A stretch of DNA of 63,925 bases, the filler included, from Alphaproteobacteria bacterium (lineage in GTDB: Bacteria; Pseudomonadota; Alphaproteobacteria; Caedimonadales; UBA9215), in assembly GCA_024280495.1 (NCBI GenBank). It is 9 parts of 9 records of this genome, joined end to end, with 100 filler letters (N's around TTAATTAATTAA, not from the genome) between each part and the next. Parts side by side here need not be neighbours in the genome. Positions count along the whole stretch, not along the records: positions 14,348 to 31,001 come from JAJRPZ010000033.1; positions 31,102 to 33,972 come from JAJRPZ010000035.1; 7 more parts are not named here. One strand, written 5' to 3'. Made by a program: the position numbers and the translations under genes. Under the pieces are notes generated by a model. The model was not told the DNA's origin. It ran no database searches and was given only the letters and a program-made list of their open reading frames with translations. Of this stretch, positions 20,889 through 31,572 are shown in pieces (position 1 is the first letter of the stretch; each line of letters begins with the position of its first letter).

Positions 20889-22463
20889 GTGTCTGACCCC
20901 CATTACACACCAGAAAATTCAACATCACTTCATATGAGTGAGACATTTAAGAAGGCTTTGCGCATGATGGATGGTAGCCGTAAAAACCTTTTTATTACGG
21001 GTAAAGCAGGCACAGGAAAATCGACACTTTTACAATATTTCAGAGACCATACAACAAAACAAATGGCTATTTTGGCACCTACGGGCGTGGCGGCGGTGAA
21101 TATTAAAGGACAAACCATCCATTCATTTTTTAAATTTCGCCCAGATGTAACTAATTCAACCATTCGAAAAATACGTACGAGCAAAGGTAAAAAGAACATT
21201 TACCAGCGCCTTGACATGCTCATTATTGATGAAATTTCCATGGTACGCGCTGATTTATTAGATTGTATAGATGCCTTTTTACGTTTGAATGGGCCTGATA
21301 TGGATAAACCCTTTGGGGGTATTCAAGTTATTTTTTTTGGTGATCTTTATCAATTACCTCCCGTGATATCAAGGCAATCTTGGAAAGCTTTTGAAAACAC
21401 TTACGATAGCCCCTATTTTTTCAGCGCAACTGTTATGAAAGACGCTGATATGGAAATAACCTTAGTCGAACTTGATAAAATTTATCGCCAAAAAGATAAT
21501 AATTTTATTGAAATTCTCAATGCTATTCGCACTGATACCGTTTCAAAAGAACAGTTAGTGCGCCTTAATGAGCGCTACCAACCTGAATCGGATTTTGATG
21601 AATCAGATCTCACAGTTTATTTAACGCCTACCAATAAAGCTGCCGATGCTTTAAATGAAAAATGCTTAGGTCGTATTGATAAAAAATATCGCCTTTTTGA
21701 TGGTGAAAAGAAAGGAGAGTTCAAAGAAGGACATTTACCTGCTCCCCTTGAGTTGAAAATAAAAATTGGTGCACAAATCATGCTGTTGAATAATGATCCA
21801 AAACAGCGTTGGATTAATGGCACTATGGCTAAGGTTTTACGCATTGCCGAAAACCATGACCATGAAACTTATATTAGGGTTGAACTTGACAATGGTAAAC
21901 GCGTAAATATCACCCCATATACGTGGGAAATGTACAAATACATTCTTGATGAGGAAAAAATTCAAAGCGAGACCGTAGGGAGTTTTACTCAATATCCCCT
22001 TAAGCTTGCCTGGGGAATGACCATTCATAAAAGCCAAGGAAAAACTTTTGAACATGCCGTTATTGATCTCGGTCACCAGGTATTTTCAGCAGGTCAAACC
22101 TATGTTGCTTTGAGTCGCTGTACATCCCTTGATGGGCTCGTACTGCGCCACCCTATTACATCTCGTCACATTAAAACTGATCAACGAGTAACGTCTTATA
22201 TTTTTAAGAGCCTCAAAGATCAAGCCAACAAAGTGCATTCTGTGAATGATAAAATGTATAGTCTTGCCCAGGCCATAGAAGAGGGTTCAGAAATAAAAAT
22301 TATGTATTTGCGTAAAAATGGCACCCAAAGTGAACGGCTTATTGATCCCCTAGATATTTCAGAGATGAGTTTTCGAGGAAAAAAATACCAAGGACTCAAG
22401 GCCTATTGCCACACAGCCCATAAAGAAATGATTTTCGATATAGAACAAATTCTAACCCTTTAA
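20889..22463 (+). CDS. Pif1/RecD-like SF1B helicase with C-terminal WYL-like domain
   Basis: GKAGTGKS, IDEISM, GDLYQLPPV, QYPLKLAWGMTIHKSQG, YVALSR; C-terminus I.Y...G..SERLIDP...AYCH...F.IEQI. Confidence 0.88.
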   Translation: MSDPHYTPENSTSLHMSETFKKALRMMDGSRKNLFITGKAGTGKSTLLQYFRDHTTKQMAILAPTGVAAVNIKGQTIHSFFKFRPDVTNSTIRKIRTSKGKKNIYQRLDMLIIDEISMVRADLLDCIDAFLRLNGPDMDKPFGGIQVIFFGDLYQLPPVISRQSWKAFENTYDSPYFFSATVMKDADMEITLVELDKIYRQKDNNFIEILNAIRTDTVSKEQLVRLNERYQPESDFDESDLTVYLTPTNKAADALNEKCLGRIDKKYRLFDGEKKGEFKEGHLPAPLELKIKIGAQIMLLNNDPKQRWINGTMAKVLRIAENHDHETYIRVELDNGKRVNITPYTWEMYKYILDEEKIQSETVGSFTQYPLKLAWGMTIHKSQGKTFEHAVIDLGHQVFSAGQTYVALSRCTSLDGLVLRHPITSRHIKTDQRVTSYIFKSLKDQANKVHSVNDKMYSLAQAIEEGSEIKIMYLRKNGTQSERLIDPLDISEMSFRGKKYQGLKAYCHTAHKEMIFDIEQILTL

Positions 22464-22565
22464 AAAATAAAATAAGATAAAACAGCAACTGTTTTGATCC
22501 CAGGTGGGGCAGGTGCTGATGGTATATAGTAGTTTAATTTTGGAATGACTCTATCTAGTTTAGAA

Positions 22566-23378
22566 TTATATTTTCTTAGTAAAGACCTCGACGCCTGTTG
22601 CGGTAACTCCCAAGGAATGTTCAAATTGAGCAGAAAGGCTCTTGTCACGGGTGACGGCAGTCCAATCATCCCGAAGAATTTTTGTACCAGGTTTTCCTGC
22701 ATTAATCATAGGTTCGATTGTAAAAAACATTCCTTCTTCAAGAATGACTCCCGTGTTAGGGCGTCCAAAATGAACTACTTCAGGAGCATCATGAAACACA
22801 AGACCAAGACCATGGCCACAAAATTCACGCACAATTGAGAACCCATGGGATTCGGCATGGCTTTGGATGCAATGACCAATGTCACCAAGGGTAACGCCAG
22901 GACGCACCATATCAATGGATTTCATCAAAGAGTCATATGTTACATTAATGAGGCGTTGTGCAAGAAGGCTTATTTTACCAATGGTGAACATACGGCTGGT
23001 ATCGCCATAAAAACCATCTAAGATGACGGTAACATCAATATTGAGAATATCCCCCTTTTTAAGTTTTTTTTGATCCGTTGGTATACCATGGCAAACCACG
23101 TGATTTACTGAGGTGCAAATGGATTTTGGAAACCCTCGATAATTAAGAGGGGCTGGTATTGATTTATTCTCAAGGATAAAGTCGTGACATAATTGATTTA
23201 GTTTTTCCGTTGTCACCCCCTCCACAACAAAGGGCGTGATGTAGTCTAAGGTTTGTGAGGCTAATTTACCAGCAGCACGCATTCCCTCAAACCCAGCAGC
23301 ATTATGAATGCGAATTTCTTGTCCATCTTGACGGCTGAGGCGTTCAATATAAAGGGAGTGATTTTTGGGTAGTGACAT
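22566..23378 (-). CDS. map: Methionine aminopeptidase type I
   Basis: SVNHVVCHGIP, FTIEPMIN, SAQFEH. Confidence 0.97.
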   Translation of the reverse strand: MSLPKNHSLYIERLSRQDGQEIRIHNAAGFEGMRAAGKLASQTLDYITPFVVEGVTTEKLNQLCHDFILENKSIPAPLNYRGFPKSICTSVNHVVCHGIPTDQKKLKKGDILNIDVTVILDGFYGDTSRMFTIGKISLLAQRLINVTYDSLMKSIDMVRPGVTLGDIGHCIQSHAESHGFSIVREFCGHGLGLVFHDAPEVVHFGRPNTGVILEEGMFFTIEPMINAGKPGTKILRDDWTAVTRDKSLSAQFEHSLGVTATGVEVFTKKI

Positions 23379-23385
23379 TTCGTAA

Positions 23386-24096
23386 TTATCCTTTAATCAA
23401 TAAGGGTGCTGCGATTTTAATTTCTTCATCATTTATATCACAAGTATAGCAATAAAACTCCACACCTTTTTCTTTAGCAAGGATGGAGATTTTAGCATAG
23501 GTTGGATCGATGTGATCAGCCACCTTGAAAAATGGCGCATCAGTTCGTTGTGCGATATAGAGTACAACGGCGCGATGACCAAGATCTTTCATATGTATGA
23601 GCTCTTCCAGGTGTTTTGTTCCTCTGGCTGTCACGGAATCTGGAAATTGGAGGGTGTTGTCAATTTTCAACGTTACATTTTTAATTTCCACATAACAATC
23701 TGGCAAATTTTCCTCTGTGAGCAGAAAATCAATTCTAGAATTTTGCTGACCGTATTTCACTTCTCGTTTGTAATTATGGTAGGACGTAAGGGGGGTAATA
23801 GATTTAGCTTTAAGGGCTTCTTCTACCAGGTGATTGGGCCATGATGTGTTAATGCCGACGCGCTCAGTGGATCCAGGGATTTGAATGAGGTGCCAGTCAT
23901 AACGAAATTTGCGTTTACTCTCATCGGGAATCTTAGTTACCCACACTTTAGACCCTTCTTCTTTGAGGCCCAGCATGGATCCAGAATTAGCACAGTGGGT
24001 TGTGACTTCTTCTCCAGAATCAAGGGTTATGTCTGCAAGGAATCGTTTGTAGCGTTTAATAAGAGTCCCTTGGATAAGAGGAGAGGGGAATTGCAT
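23386..24096 (-). CDS. sfsA: DNA/RNA nuclease SfsA
   Basis: RYKRFLAD, HCANSGSM, SRIDFLL, FPDSVTARGTKHL; likely start MQF at 24096. Confidence 0.95.
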   Translation of the reverse strand: MQFPSPLIQGTLIKRYKRFLADITLDSGEEVTTHCANSGSMLGLKEEGSKVWVTKIPDESKRKFRYDWHLIQIPGSTERVGINTSWPNHLVEEALKAKSITPLTSYHNYKREVKYGQQNSRIDFLLTEENLPDCYVEIKNVTLKIDNTLQFPDSVTARGTKHLEELIHMKDLGHRAVVLYIAQRTDAPFFKVADHIDPTYAKISILAKEKGVEFYCYTCDINDEEIKIAAPLLIKG

Positions 24097-24144
24097 AAAA
24101 TTGTCTTTCAGGTAAACTATAAAAAAATGTAATAAAAATATGCC

Positions 24145-24942
24145 ATGATCAAGACAATGCCTCAAGCCTCTTCTGAAAAAACCCCTCTAATGGTACGTGC
24201 AACGGCTGGTATCATTCTCATAGGGAACGAGCTTTTATCTGGGCAAACAACTGATAAAAACATGAATTATATTGCTAAAAAGCTTTTTTCTCATGGAGTA
24301 GATCTAGTGGAAGTGGTTGTAATAGCTGATAGTCAAAAAGAAATTATTCGTGTGGTGCGCGATTATAGCAAACGCTTTACCTATGTTTTTACAACGGGGG
24401 GAATTGGACCAACCCACGATGACATTACGGCTGAAACCATGGCACTTGCCTTTAATAGAAAATATATTCAGCATCAAGAAGCTTTTGAAATTTTAAAAGC
24501 TAAATACGGTGAAGAAAACCTCATGGATTCACGGGGACGTATGGCTATGATGCCTGAAGGGGCGCAATTAATTTACAATGATGAAACGGCAGCCCCAGGT
24601 TTTGTTGTGGAAAATGTTTATGTTATGGCGGGCATTCCTTATATTATGCAAACCATGTTTGATCATGCCCTTACAATGATTCCAAAGGGGATCGTGCGCT
24701 TTAAATCCATTATTGAATGCAAGATCTATGAAAGTCGTTTAGCACCAGGACTTCATGCTATTCAAGATGCTTATCCCCATGTTGAAATAGGAAGCTATCC
24801 CCATGGAATAAAGGATCAGTGTCGGGGGGTACGCATTGCTATTACAACTTCGAACCAAGGTGATTTCAAAACAGTGAGAGAAAAGGTGCTAGCCCTTTGT
24901 TTGGAATTTGATTCTGAATCTCATATTCTTGATAACGAGTGA
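24145..24942 (+). CDS. CinA N-terminal/molybdopterin-binding domain protein
   Basis: IGNELLSG.T.DKN, TTGGIGPTHDDIT. Confidence 0.92.
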   Translation: MIKTMPQASSEKTPLMVRATAGIILIGNELLSGQTTDKNMNYIAKKLFSHGVDLVEVVVIADSQKEIIRVVRDYSKRFTYVFTTGGIGPTHDDITAETMALAFNRKYIQHQEAFEILKAKYGEENLMDSRGRMAMMPEGAQLIYNDETAAPGFVVENVYVMAGIPYIMQTMFDHALTMIPKGIVRFKSIIECKIYESRLAPGLHAIQDAYPHVEIGSYPHGIKDQCRGVRIAITTSNQGDFKTVREKVLALCLEFDSESHILDNE

Positions 24943-25063
24943 CCATAAAACGTGTCTTACGAAAGGTTTTTTGATTAATATTACGCCCCCATTTTTCTTG
25001 ACCATTATCAGAATTCGTTTCATAAAGAAATATGAGTTAATAATACTTAACGAAAGCACTTTT

Positions 25064-25585
25064 ATGCGTATACCATTCTTTTTTATTCTCTCCTTTCCTT
25101 TTGTTCTGACCTTATGGGGGTGTGCCAAGGACTTGAATATCAATAATGATGAAGAAATTATTTCCAAACGCGATCGACTATATAAAGGTTACGGTAAATT
25201 TTTTGGCGAAGATACCTTATTATTTGGTGGCGACAACAACATGGGTAAGAAGCCCGATGTGGGCATTGGCGTCAATACTTACCTGTGGCGTGCAACCCTT
25301 AGCACCATTTCTTTTATGCCCCTAAAATCAGTGGATCCTTTTGGCGGTGTGATCATAACTGATTGGCATGTAATCCCTAAAATTCCCAAAGAACGTTTTA
25401 AAGTGAATGTTCGCATACTGGATCGCATGCTTCGTGCCGATGGTTTAACCATTTCTATTTTTAAGGAAATACGTCAGAATGGTCGGTGGGTGAGTTCCTC
25501 CATATCAAATAAATCCATTCAAGACCTTGAGGATGCCATCCTTATGAAGGCCCGCCTCTTAAAGAGCAACCGTAAAAAAAATTAA
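25064..25585 (+). CDS. DUF3576 lipoprotein
   Basis: Lipobox [30 protein letters not shown]; upstream of leuS. Confidence 0.88.
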   Translation: MRIPFFFILSFPFVLTLWGCAKDLNINNDEEIISKRDRLYKGYGKFFGEDTLLFGGDNNMGKKPDVGIGVNTYLWRATLSTISFMPLKSVDPFGGVIITDWHVIPKIPKERFKVNVRILDRMLRADGLTISIFKEIRQNGRWVSSSISNKSIQDLEDAILMKARLLKSNRKKN

Positions 25586-25587
25586 AA

Positions 25588-28188
25588 GTGATCACCATGA
25601 CAGAAAAATCTTTAGAACCGTATAATTTTCACTTAACAGAATACAAATGGCGTCAATACTGGCAAGACCAAAAGAGTTTTGAAATTAACACCGAGTTGAC
25701 CTCTGATAAACCTTCTTATTATGTTCTAGAAATGTTTCCTTACCCTTCTGGACGTCTTCACATGGGGCACGTGCGTAACTATATGATTGGGGATATTATT
25801 GCTCGCTATAAACGTGCTAAAGGCTTTAATGTTCTCCACCCCATGGGCTGGGATGCTTTTGGATTGCCCGCTGAAAATGCAGCGTCTGAACACAATGTGC
25901 ACCCTGCGACATGGACCTACGAAAACATCACAACCATGCGATTAGAGCTCCAACGCCTTGGTTTTGGATTTGATTGGTCCAAAGAATTTGCAACATGTGA
26001 CCCTGAATATTATGGGCAAGGTCAAAAAATTCTCCTTGATTTCTACAAAGAAGGCTTACTTTATCAAAAGGAAAGTCTTGTCAATTGGGATCCCGTTGAA
26101 AATACAGTTCTTGCCAATGAACAAGTGGAAAATGGTCGTGGATGGCGATCTGGCGCCCTTGTTGAGCGTCGTAAAATGACACAATGGTCCCTTAAAATTT
26201 CTGATTTTTCCGATGACTTACTGGATGGATTAGACACCTTAAAACAGTGGCCAGAAAAAGTTATTACCATGCAGCGCAATTGGATTGGAAAATCCGTTGG
26301 AGCTTATGTGAACTTTCCCTTAGTAACCCCAATGGAATCCATCAAAGAGATAGAGGTATTCACCACAAGACCAGACACCCTTTTCGGCGCCTCTTTCATT
26401 GGAATTTCCCCTAATCATCCCTTGGCAGAAAAATGCGCCAAGGAAAACTCAGAACTCACGGCCTTTATTGATGACTGCAATAAATCAGCAACTTCAGAAG
26501 AAGCCTTAGAAAAAGCCGAAAAAAAAGGTATGCCAACGGGTCTTGAGGTTAGTCACCCTTTTGATAGGTCTCTCAAGCTTCCTATTTATGTTGCGAATTT
26601 TGTCTTAATGGAATATGGAACGGGGGCTGTTTTTGCTTGCCCTGCTCACGACCAACGGGACCTTGATTTCGCACGAAAATACAACCTTCCCGTACGCCCT
26701 GTTGTACAGTCTGCGCGCCCTGAAAAACGTGGGGAAATTTTAGATACTGCCTTCACAGATGACGGCGTGATTTTTAACTCACAATTTTTGGATGGCCTCA
26801 CCTGTGCCAAAGCTAAAATCAAAGCCCTCGCGACCCTTGAAGAAAAAAAAATAGGGCGTAAGGCCACCACTTATCGTTTGCGTGATTGGGGGATTTCAAG
26901 ACAACGTTATTGGGGCTGTCCTATCCCCTTTATTAAGTGTGATACCTGTGGCACCGTCCCTGTCCCAAAAGCAGACCTCCCCGTGATATTGCCAGAGGAT
27001 GTAACCTTTGATAAACCTGGAAACCCCCTTGATCACCATCCAACATGGAAACATACCACCTGTCCATCTTGTTCTGGAAAAGCGATTCGAGAAACTGATA
27101 CTCTGGATACTTTTTTCGAGTCTTCTTGGTATTTTCATCGTTTTATTTCTCAACCCAGAAACAAACCTTTTGACGGTGATATTGTGGCTAAATGGCTCCC
27201 AGTTGACCAATATATTGGAGGCGTTGAGCATGCAGTCCTCCACCTCTTATATTCAAGGTTTTTCACACGCGCCCTTAATAAATGTGGCTACCATAATGTT
27301 AAAGAACCCTTTAAAGCTCTTTTGACCCAAGGGATGGTCTGTCACGAAACATATAAAGATGACCAAGGAAAATGGCTTTATCCCGACGAGGTGCGCTTTG
27401 ATGGGCCAACACCTGTTCATGCTCAAAAAAAGACGCCCGTTACCGTTGGGCGTTCTGAAAAGATGAGTAAATCCAAACGAAATACCGTTGAACCTCAGGA
27501 TATTATTGATGAATATGGTGTGGATACAGCCCGTATGTTCGTTATTTCTGACAGCCCGCCTGAACGTGATTTCGAATGGTCACAAAGTGGAGTGCAGGGT
27601 ACTTGGAAATATCTTTCTAAGATTTGGCGTCAAGCTCAAAATAGCCTTCCTATTTTGGTTAAAGTTAATTCAGACATACCTTTGAACCTTAACAAGGCAT
27701 CATTGGATTTGCGCCGCGTAACCCATAAAGCTATCGCCCAAGCTACACGGCATTTAGAATGCATTGCGCTGAACACCTATATATCAACCCTACGTACCTT
27801 TAGTAATGACCTTGCCAAGGCTGAGAACAATGGGACTATAGATAAAAGCGTTTTAAAAGAAGCTTTTTCCACATTGATTCAACTTTTAAATCCCGTAGCT
27901 CCCCATATTACAGAAGAAATTTGGCAGAAATTGGGGTGTAAAAAAGCCATTGTGGATACAAGTTGGCCGACAGCCGACAGCTCTCTTCTTGAGGAAGACT
28001 CCTATATCCAAGCCATCCAAATCAACGGTAAACTTCGGGGTACCATGGAGCTTTCTAAATCCCTAGGCAAAAAAGAAATTGAAACAATGGCCCTTGCGCA
28101 CGAGAACGTTACGCGTTTTACTGAAGGCAAGACTATTAAAAAAATTATCGTCATCCCTGGAAAGGTTGTGAACATTGTCGTTACCTAA
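25588..28188 (+). CDS. leuS: Leucine--tRNA ligase
   Basis: [18 protein letters not shown]. Confidence 0.99.
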   Translation: MITMTEKSLEPYNFHLTEYKWRQYWQDQKSFEINTELTSDKPSYYVLEMFPYPSGRLHMGHVRNYMIGDIIARYKRAKGFNVLHPMGWDAFGLPAENAASEHNVHPATWTYENITTMRLELQRLGFGFDWSKEFATCDPEYYGQGQKILLDFYKEGLLYQKESLVNWDPVENTVLANEQVENGRGWRSGALVERRKMTQWSLKISDFSDDLLDGLDTLKQWPEKVITMQRNWIGKSVGAYVNFPLVTPMESIKEIEVFTTRPDTLFGASFIGISPNHPLAEKCAKENSELTAFIDDCNKSATSEEALEKAEKKGMPTGLEVSHPFDRSLKLPIYVANFVLMEYGTGAVFACPAHDQRDLDFARKYNLPVRPVVQSARPEKRGEILDTAFTDDGVIFNSQFLDGLTCAKAKIKALATLEEKKIGRKATTYRLRDWGISRQRYWGCPIPFIKCDTCGTVPVPKADLPVILPEDVTFDKPGNPLDHHPTWKHTTCPSCSGKAIRETDTLDTFFESSWYFHRFISQPRNKPFDGDIVAKWLPVDQYIGGVEHAVLHLLYSRFFTRALNKCGYHNVKEPFKALLTQGMVCHETYKDDQGKWLYPDEVRFDGPTPVHAQKKTPVTVGRSEKMSKSKRNTVEPQDIIDEYGVDTARMFVISDSPPERDFEWSQSGVQGTWKYLSKIWRQAQNSLPILVKVNSDIPLNLNKASLDLRRVTHKAIAQATRHLECIALNTYISTLRTFSNDLAKAENNGTIDKSVLKEAFSTLIQLLNPVAPHITEEIWQKLGCKKAIVDTSWPTADSSLLEEDSYIQAIQINGKLRGTMELSKSLGKKEIETMALAHENVTRFTEGKTIKKIIVIPGKVVNIVVT

Positions 28189-28798
28189 TTTTTTTTCTTG
28201 CGTGTTTTTCATGGCACTTGTATCAGGTTGTGGTTTTACCCCTCTCCATGGGCCAGACGCAACCCTTAACAATGTCAATGTTCAAGAAAAACTTGAAGGT
28301 ATTCAGATTGCAAAACTCCCCCATCGAGAAGGTTTAATTTTGCGCAACCACTTGCTGGATAAATTGAACCCTTCTGGAGAGCCATTGTCTCCAGAAATGA
28401 TTTTAGATTTAGATTTGAAACTTGAAAAAGAAATAACCTCATTGCGTCGCGACGGTACTTCTCAAAGGTATAATATCACTGCAACCGTTGATATTTATTT
28501 ATCTAAAGCACCTAACGCCATAAAAAACAACATTCATAAAAAACAACGGCTCTATGAAGACGCCATCACGCGCATAACTTCCTTTTCCATAGGAAGGTCT
28601 GCCCAAGAACCAGGTTATCCTGGCACCGTTGCACAGCGAGATGCCATCGCAAGAGCTTTAAAACTTGTTGCAGACGACGTTCACCTCATGTTGGCAAGCT
28701 ATTTTAAAAAGTGGGGCGATAATAAAGAGTCTTTAACTTTTTCAAATGAACCCACCCACCATATACCGTTGGATAACCAATCAAGCCATGCGCATTAA
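28175..28798 (+). CDS. lptE: LPS-assembly lipoprotein LptE-like
   Basis: SGCGFTPL lipobox; position between leuS and holA. Confidence 0.8.
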   Translation: MSLPNFFSCVFFMALVSGCGFTPLHGPDATLNNVNVQEKLEGIQIAKLPHREGLILRNHLLDKLNPSGEPLSPEMILDLDLKLEKEITSLRRDGTSQRYNITATVDIYLSKAPNAIKNNIHKKQRLYEDAITRITSFSIGRSAQEPGYPGTVAQRDAIARALKLVADDVHLMLASYFKKWGDNKESLTFSNEPTHHIPLDNQSSHAH

Positions 28799-29777
28799 TC
28801 AAATACATTCCTACCTCCATTCAAATGGCTTTGATAAACATCAAGGCCTTTTGTTCTATGGAAATGATGAGAGTGCTTTGCAATTTCATCTAGACCTTAC
28901 CATCGAAGCATTGAAAAAATCTGGTTATAAAATAATAAACGCTCCCAGCCTTCTTGATATTGATACGGGGTCTGAACCTGGTCTTTTTGACGTCAGTGGA
29001 GAGAAAAAGATAACCCTTTGCCGCGGTATCACAGGTCGTGATTTTGAGAGAATCAAAGAAGCTCTCAGTATCGTTGATGACTCTCCCGATAATAGACATT
29101 TTCTTATTTTTGTCGCTGGAAATTTGGGTTCCAAAATAAAATTAGTTACCCATTTCCAAAATCAACCCACCCTTGGTTCGGTCCCCTCTTATGATTTATC
29201 CATTGGTCTGTTAAGGCAGGTGGTCAATCATAACCTCAAAAAAAGATCCCTTTCTCTTTCTCCCGAACACATTGATATTCTTGTAGAAACTTACGCTGGA
29301 TCACCGATTTCTCTTTTGACGGACATGGATAAACTTGATCTTTATTTATCAACAGAAAGTGATATTTCCCTTGAGAACCTTAAAAATCTTGTGAACGGAT
29401 CCTTAAAGCTCAATATTGATTTACTGATTTCTGGATTCCTCGAGCGCAACAAAGAAAAAATTCTTGAAAATGCAGACACGTCTTTACTTGAAGCTGAACC
29501 CTATTTAATTTTACGTTCGTTGTCACGTCAACTCATGACTTTCTGTGATTTTATGGCAAACAGAAAATATACGGGATCCGCAGCTTTAGCCATGGCCGCC
29601 ATGAAAAAGCCCGTTTTTTTTACAACAAAAAACCTCTTTCAAAAAGTTGAAAAAATCTGGACTGAAAAACTCGCCGCCCATGCCCTTCGCCATGTGATGC
29701 TCATTGAAAAACGTTTTAAGGCAGGTGACCTTTCTTTGTCTCAATTCCAAGAAGAGCTTTGCCTTTTTTGTCGCTAA
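28788..29777 (+). CDS. holA: DNA polymerase III delta subunit (divergent)
   Basis: LLFYGND, DMDKLDLY, PVFF; leuS-lptE-holA synteny. Confidence 0.8.
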   Translation: MRINQIHSYLHSNGFDKHQGLLFYGNDESALQFHLDLTIEALKKSGYKIINAPSLLDIDTGSEPGLFDVSGEKKITLCRGITGRDFERIKEALSIVDDSPDNRHFLIFVAGNLGSKIKLVTHFQNQPTLGSVPSYDLSIGLLRQVVNHNLKKRSLSLSPEHIDILVETYAGSPISLLTDMDKLDLYLSTESDISLENLKNLVNGSLKLNIDLLISGFLERNKEKILENADTSLLEAEPYLILRSLSRQLMTFCDFMANRKYTGSAALAMAAMKKPVFFTTKNLFQKVEKIWTEKLAAHALRHVMLIEKRFKAGDLSLSQFQEELCLFCR

Positions 29778-29827
29778 ATACTAAAATAAAATGTATAATA
29801 GGGACAAATACTTAAAGGAATTTAATC

Positions 29828-30544
29828 ATGCAAAAAAATTACGATAGTTCAGTTCACTCAAGATCTGCATCCAGAACCGATGTGGATCAGGGTCTACGCG
29901 CCTATATGCTTAAAATCTATAACTACATGACAATTGGGCTTGGAATTACTGGCGTGATTGCCTATTTTGTTGCCTCTAACGAACAACTTCTCATGGCTAT
30001 CATGGGTAATCCTATTTTATTTTGGGGTCTGTTCATTGCACAAATCGGTGCCGTTGTTTACTTGTCTGCGCGGATTACAAAAATGCCAACCCGTACGGCA
30101 CAAATTACATTTTTTGCTTATGCCGCCCTTAGCGGCCTAACCTTTTCGGGAATTTTCGCGGCCTATACCTTTGAAAGTATCTCCCGTGTGTTTTTCATCA
30201 CCTCCATCACTTTTGGTGCCATGAGCCTTTATGGATATTCAACAAAACGCGATTTGACGGGAATGGGATCCTTTCTCATGATGGGAGTAATTGGCCTCGT
30301 TATAGCATCCGTTGTGAATATGTTCCTTCAAAGCTCCGCTTTAATGTTCATCACTTCTTTGCTTGGCGTGCTGATATTCGTTGGTCTTACTGCCTATGAC
30401 ACGCAGAAATTAAAACTGATGTATTATCAAGTTGGTCAAAGCGACCTTGCGGAAAATTATGCGGTTATAGGTGCGCTGAAATTGTATCTTGATTTTATCA
30501 ACCTGTTTATTTATTTATTACGCTTTATGGGTGATCGTCGATAA
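29828..30544 (+). CDS. Bax inhibitor-1/YccA membrane protein
   Basis: DQGLRAYM, GYSTKRDL, TAYDTQK, LYLDFINLF. Confidence 0.95.
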   Translation: MQKNYDSSVHSRSASRTDVDQGLRAYMLKIYNYMTIGLGITGVIAYFVASNEQLLMAIMGNPILFWGLFIAQIGAVVYLSARITKMPTRTAQITFFAYAALSGLTFSGIFAAYTFESISRVFFITSITFGAMSLYGYSTKRDLTGMGSFLMMGVIGLVIASVVNMFLQSSALMFITSLLGVLIFVGLTAYDTQKLKLMYYQVGQSDLAENYAVIGALKLYLDFINLFIYLLRFMGDRR

Positions 30545-30623
30545 TATCGTGATTCCAAAAACAGCCTTTTTACGTAACAAAAAAAGCCCCAATCATTTAT
30601 GATGTGGCTACCCTAAAGCGGAT

Positions 30624-31001
30624 GGAAGTGTAATGAACTGAGTGATTTTAGTGGAGTTATGTGATATGGTAGATTGTATCAATTAGATATAAGGCCCCTT
30701 AAAATGAGCATGTGCTACCGAGTAATTTACCAGACATTTAAAAGTAATAATCCTGAAGATATCCTCCAAGAGGAAATGATAATTGAGTCAGAAATTACAG
30801 CACCTACAAATTGTTTGGATTTCACCATGGGAATGGAGCTGCAACTTTAAGCAGTAAAAGGAATTCAAGATAACGTCCTTAATGACAAATTAAAATTGCA
30901 TTCTGAAAACCAAAATAATGAATGTCCTAAATGCCCAGGTAAATTGGTTAGAAGCGGTAAACAAACTTCTCCATTTCATGATGTTTTCACGGACCACAAA
31001 G
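30624..31001 (+). mobile_element. Degenerate ISKra4-family element, left end and transposase N-terminus
   Basis: GGAAGTGTAATG terminus shared with 63510; frameshifted, stop-containing frame PTNCLDFTMG...IQD...CPKC...FHDVFTDHK. Confidence 0.65.
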
Positions 31002-31101
31002 NNNNNNNNNNNNNNNNNNNNNNNNNNNNNNNNNNNNNNNNNNNNTTAATTAATTAANNNNNNNNNNNNNNNNNNNNNNNNNNNNNNNNNNNNNNNNNNN
31101 N
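31002..31101. other. Artificial contig linker
   Basis: N run containing TTAATTAATTAA. Confidence 0.98.
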
Positions 31102-31372
31102 AAGAACGACAAACCCCATAGAATCAACCTTCGCAACGGTTCGGCATCGGACAAAAAAAGTTAAAGGGTGCTTTTCTAGAAAGACGATCTTGACCATGGT
31201 CTTTAAGCTGTGCGAAAGTGCAGGAAAGCGTTGGCACAGAATTGCCGGATTTAAGCGCTTGGGCGAAGTCATTACCGGAGTTAAATTCGTGGATGGCATC
31301 GCTTTAATCAACATTGATCAGGACATGAGAGATGCCGCTTGAGCTCTCATACACAACTTTCGGTCATAGCTC
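31102..31372 (+). mobile_element. IS256-family element, transposase C-terminus (stop 31342) and right end
   Basis: RTTNPIESTFATVRHRT...MVFKL...GVKFVDG; end TACACAACTTTCGGTCATAGCTC. Confidence 0.92.
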
Positions 31373-31419
31373 AGATAGATATGCTCTGTAGGATAATAAT
31401 AGTTAAAATAAACTGAACG

Positions 31420-31493
31420 TGGCTGGGAAACCAGGATTCGAACCTAGGTTGCCCGCTCCAGAGGCGGGAGTTCTACCGCTAAACTATTTCCCA
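31420..31493 (-). tRNA. tRNA-Gln (anticodon CTG)
   Basis: Acceptor TGGGAAA/TTTCCCA-G-CCA; anticodon arm CCCGC-CTCTGGA-GCGGG; T arm GGTTCGAATCC. Confidence 0.95.
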
Positions 31494-31572
31494 TCACATC
31501 AGTGATGCTATTTTGGCAAAAAGAACTGAAAAATTCAAGTCTGATTCTTGTATTTGAGTAAATTCATTTTTT

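Noticed and set aside
30840..30860. In-frame TAA at similar places in both ISKra4 relics as stop-codon recoding
   Set aside because: The stops are two codons apart in the alignment, the first relic also has a frameshift, and TAA ends many normal genes here.
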